This document shows positions 62,915 to 64,000 of a stretch of DNA of 64,000 bases, one piece after another. Position 1 is the stretch's first letter. The number at the start of each line of letters is the position of its first letter. The stretch lies in assembly GCF_009914755.1 (NCBI RefSeq), contig NC_060930.1, one strand, 5' to 3'. Made by a program: the position numbers and the translations under genes. The notes under the pieces are model-generated. The model was not told the origin of the DNA and ran no database searches. It saw nothing but the letters and a program-made list of their open reading frames with translations. Origin of the DNA: the human T2T-CHM13v2.0 reference genome, Homo sapiens.

Positions 62915-63133
62915 CAGAAGGAGTCAACAAATGAAAAACCATAGGCCAAATCTGGCCCTCTGCCTGTTTTTTAAATAAAGTTTTATTGAAACACAGCCAT
63001 GCCCAGTCATTTACTATTGCTGCTTGCATGCTACAATGTAAGGGTATAGCAGTTGCAATAGAGATTATATGGCCTGCAAAGCCAAAAATATTTACTATCT
63101 GACCATTTACACAGAACACCTTTGTTTCCCTGT
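62915..63133. mobile_element. MER58A hAT-Charlie element
   Basis: ggccaaatctggcc..aataaagttttattgaaacacagccatgccc..ggcctgcaaagccaaaaatatttactatctg. Confidence 0.85.
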
Positions 63134-63440
63134 TGGCCTTTTTTTTCCTGGACAGATCATTCAAGACTAAGTTCAAAAGTAATCTCTTTAACTTCCTCTG
63201 CTGGTCCTTCTACCCTTAAATAAAATGGCTTCCTAACCTGTGTGTCCCTCATGCTATATCCATTCCTCAATATGTCTGTTACTATATTCACTGCTTTGTA
63301 TATTCCCTTTCATAACCACACCATCACAAGAACTGAGCCTGTTTAGATCCCTAATGTCTAGAGGGTCAATTAATGCATATTTATATAAAATGAATTCATC
63401 TGAGGAATTTCATCTCAGTGGTCACTGATCCATCACATGG

Positions 63441-63812
63441 TGATATAGTTTGGCTCTGTGCCCCCATCCAAATCTCATGTCAAATTATAATTCCCAATGT
63501 TGGGGGAGGGACCTGGTAGGAAGTGATTAGATCATGAGGGCAGATTTCCCCCTTGCTGTTGTCATGATAGTGAGTGAGTTCTCACGAGATCTGATTGTTT
63601 AAAAGTGTGGAGCACTTCCCCCTTCACTCTCTCTCTCCTGCCACCATGTGAAGGCGTGCTTGCTTCTGCCATGATTGTAAGTTTCCTGAGGCCTCCCCAG
63701 CCATGCCTCCTGTACACAGCCTGTGGAACTGTGAGTCAATTAAACCTCTTTTCTTTATAAATTACCCAATCTCAGATAGCTCTTTATAACAGTATGAGAA
63801 CGGACTAATACA
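63441..63812 (+). mobile_element. MSTA-like MaLR solo LTR
   Basis: tgatatagtttggctctg...ggactaataca; near-TSD catgg/gatgg. Confidence 0.88.
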
Positions 63813-64000
63813 GATGGGCTCCAGAAAGTGCAGAGAACTTGCTCAAGATCACATAAGTGGCTAGGTAGATTCCACTGTTGCTAGTGCAGGGTTTTCAGTT
63901 CTATATAGGTATAATCAAGCCACTGACTGCCTCTGCAGTGCATATACCACATTTAACAACACAGGCATTTTTGGAAGAGCAACTCAAGGTTATGACCTTA

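Overview
Primate (human/great-ape-type) genomic DNA, mostly intronic or intergenic and rich in repeats. No host protein-coding exon could be recognised. The main feature is a full-length (~6.05 kb), + strand L1PA2-type LINE-1 at 21429-27475, with a 14-bp target-site duplication (TSD). Its ORF1 (338 aa), ORF2 (1275 aa) and antisense ORF0 (71 aa) are all open. ORF2p carries substitutions at conserved residues (C1147Y in the zinc knuckle, G565R in the RT QxGF motif), so the element is probably ORF-intact but poor at retrotransposing. It is nested in a MaLR LTR, 1.2 kb downstream of an ERV1 solo LTR that retains promoter motifs, and is in inverted orientation to a 5'-truncated L1PA3/4 copy. The rest comprises eight near-full-length Alus and one truncated Alu, several THE1/MST/MLT LTRs, MER/Tigger/hAT DNA transposons and MIR/L2 relics. 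There is also a CpG island at ~57.1-57.6 kb and a few candidate minus-strand exons, suggesting an unidentified transcription unit antisense to the L1. Several unexplained local duplications and hairpins are reported. I cannot support a claim of a wholly new biological system. The most testable idea is a chimeric transcript from the L1 antisense promoter (ORF0) spliced into a downstream 59-nt exon. Repeat subfamily names come from remembered consensus sequences and need RepeatMasker/Dfam confirmation.
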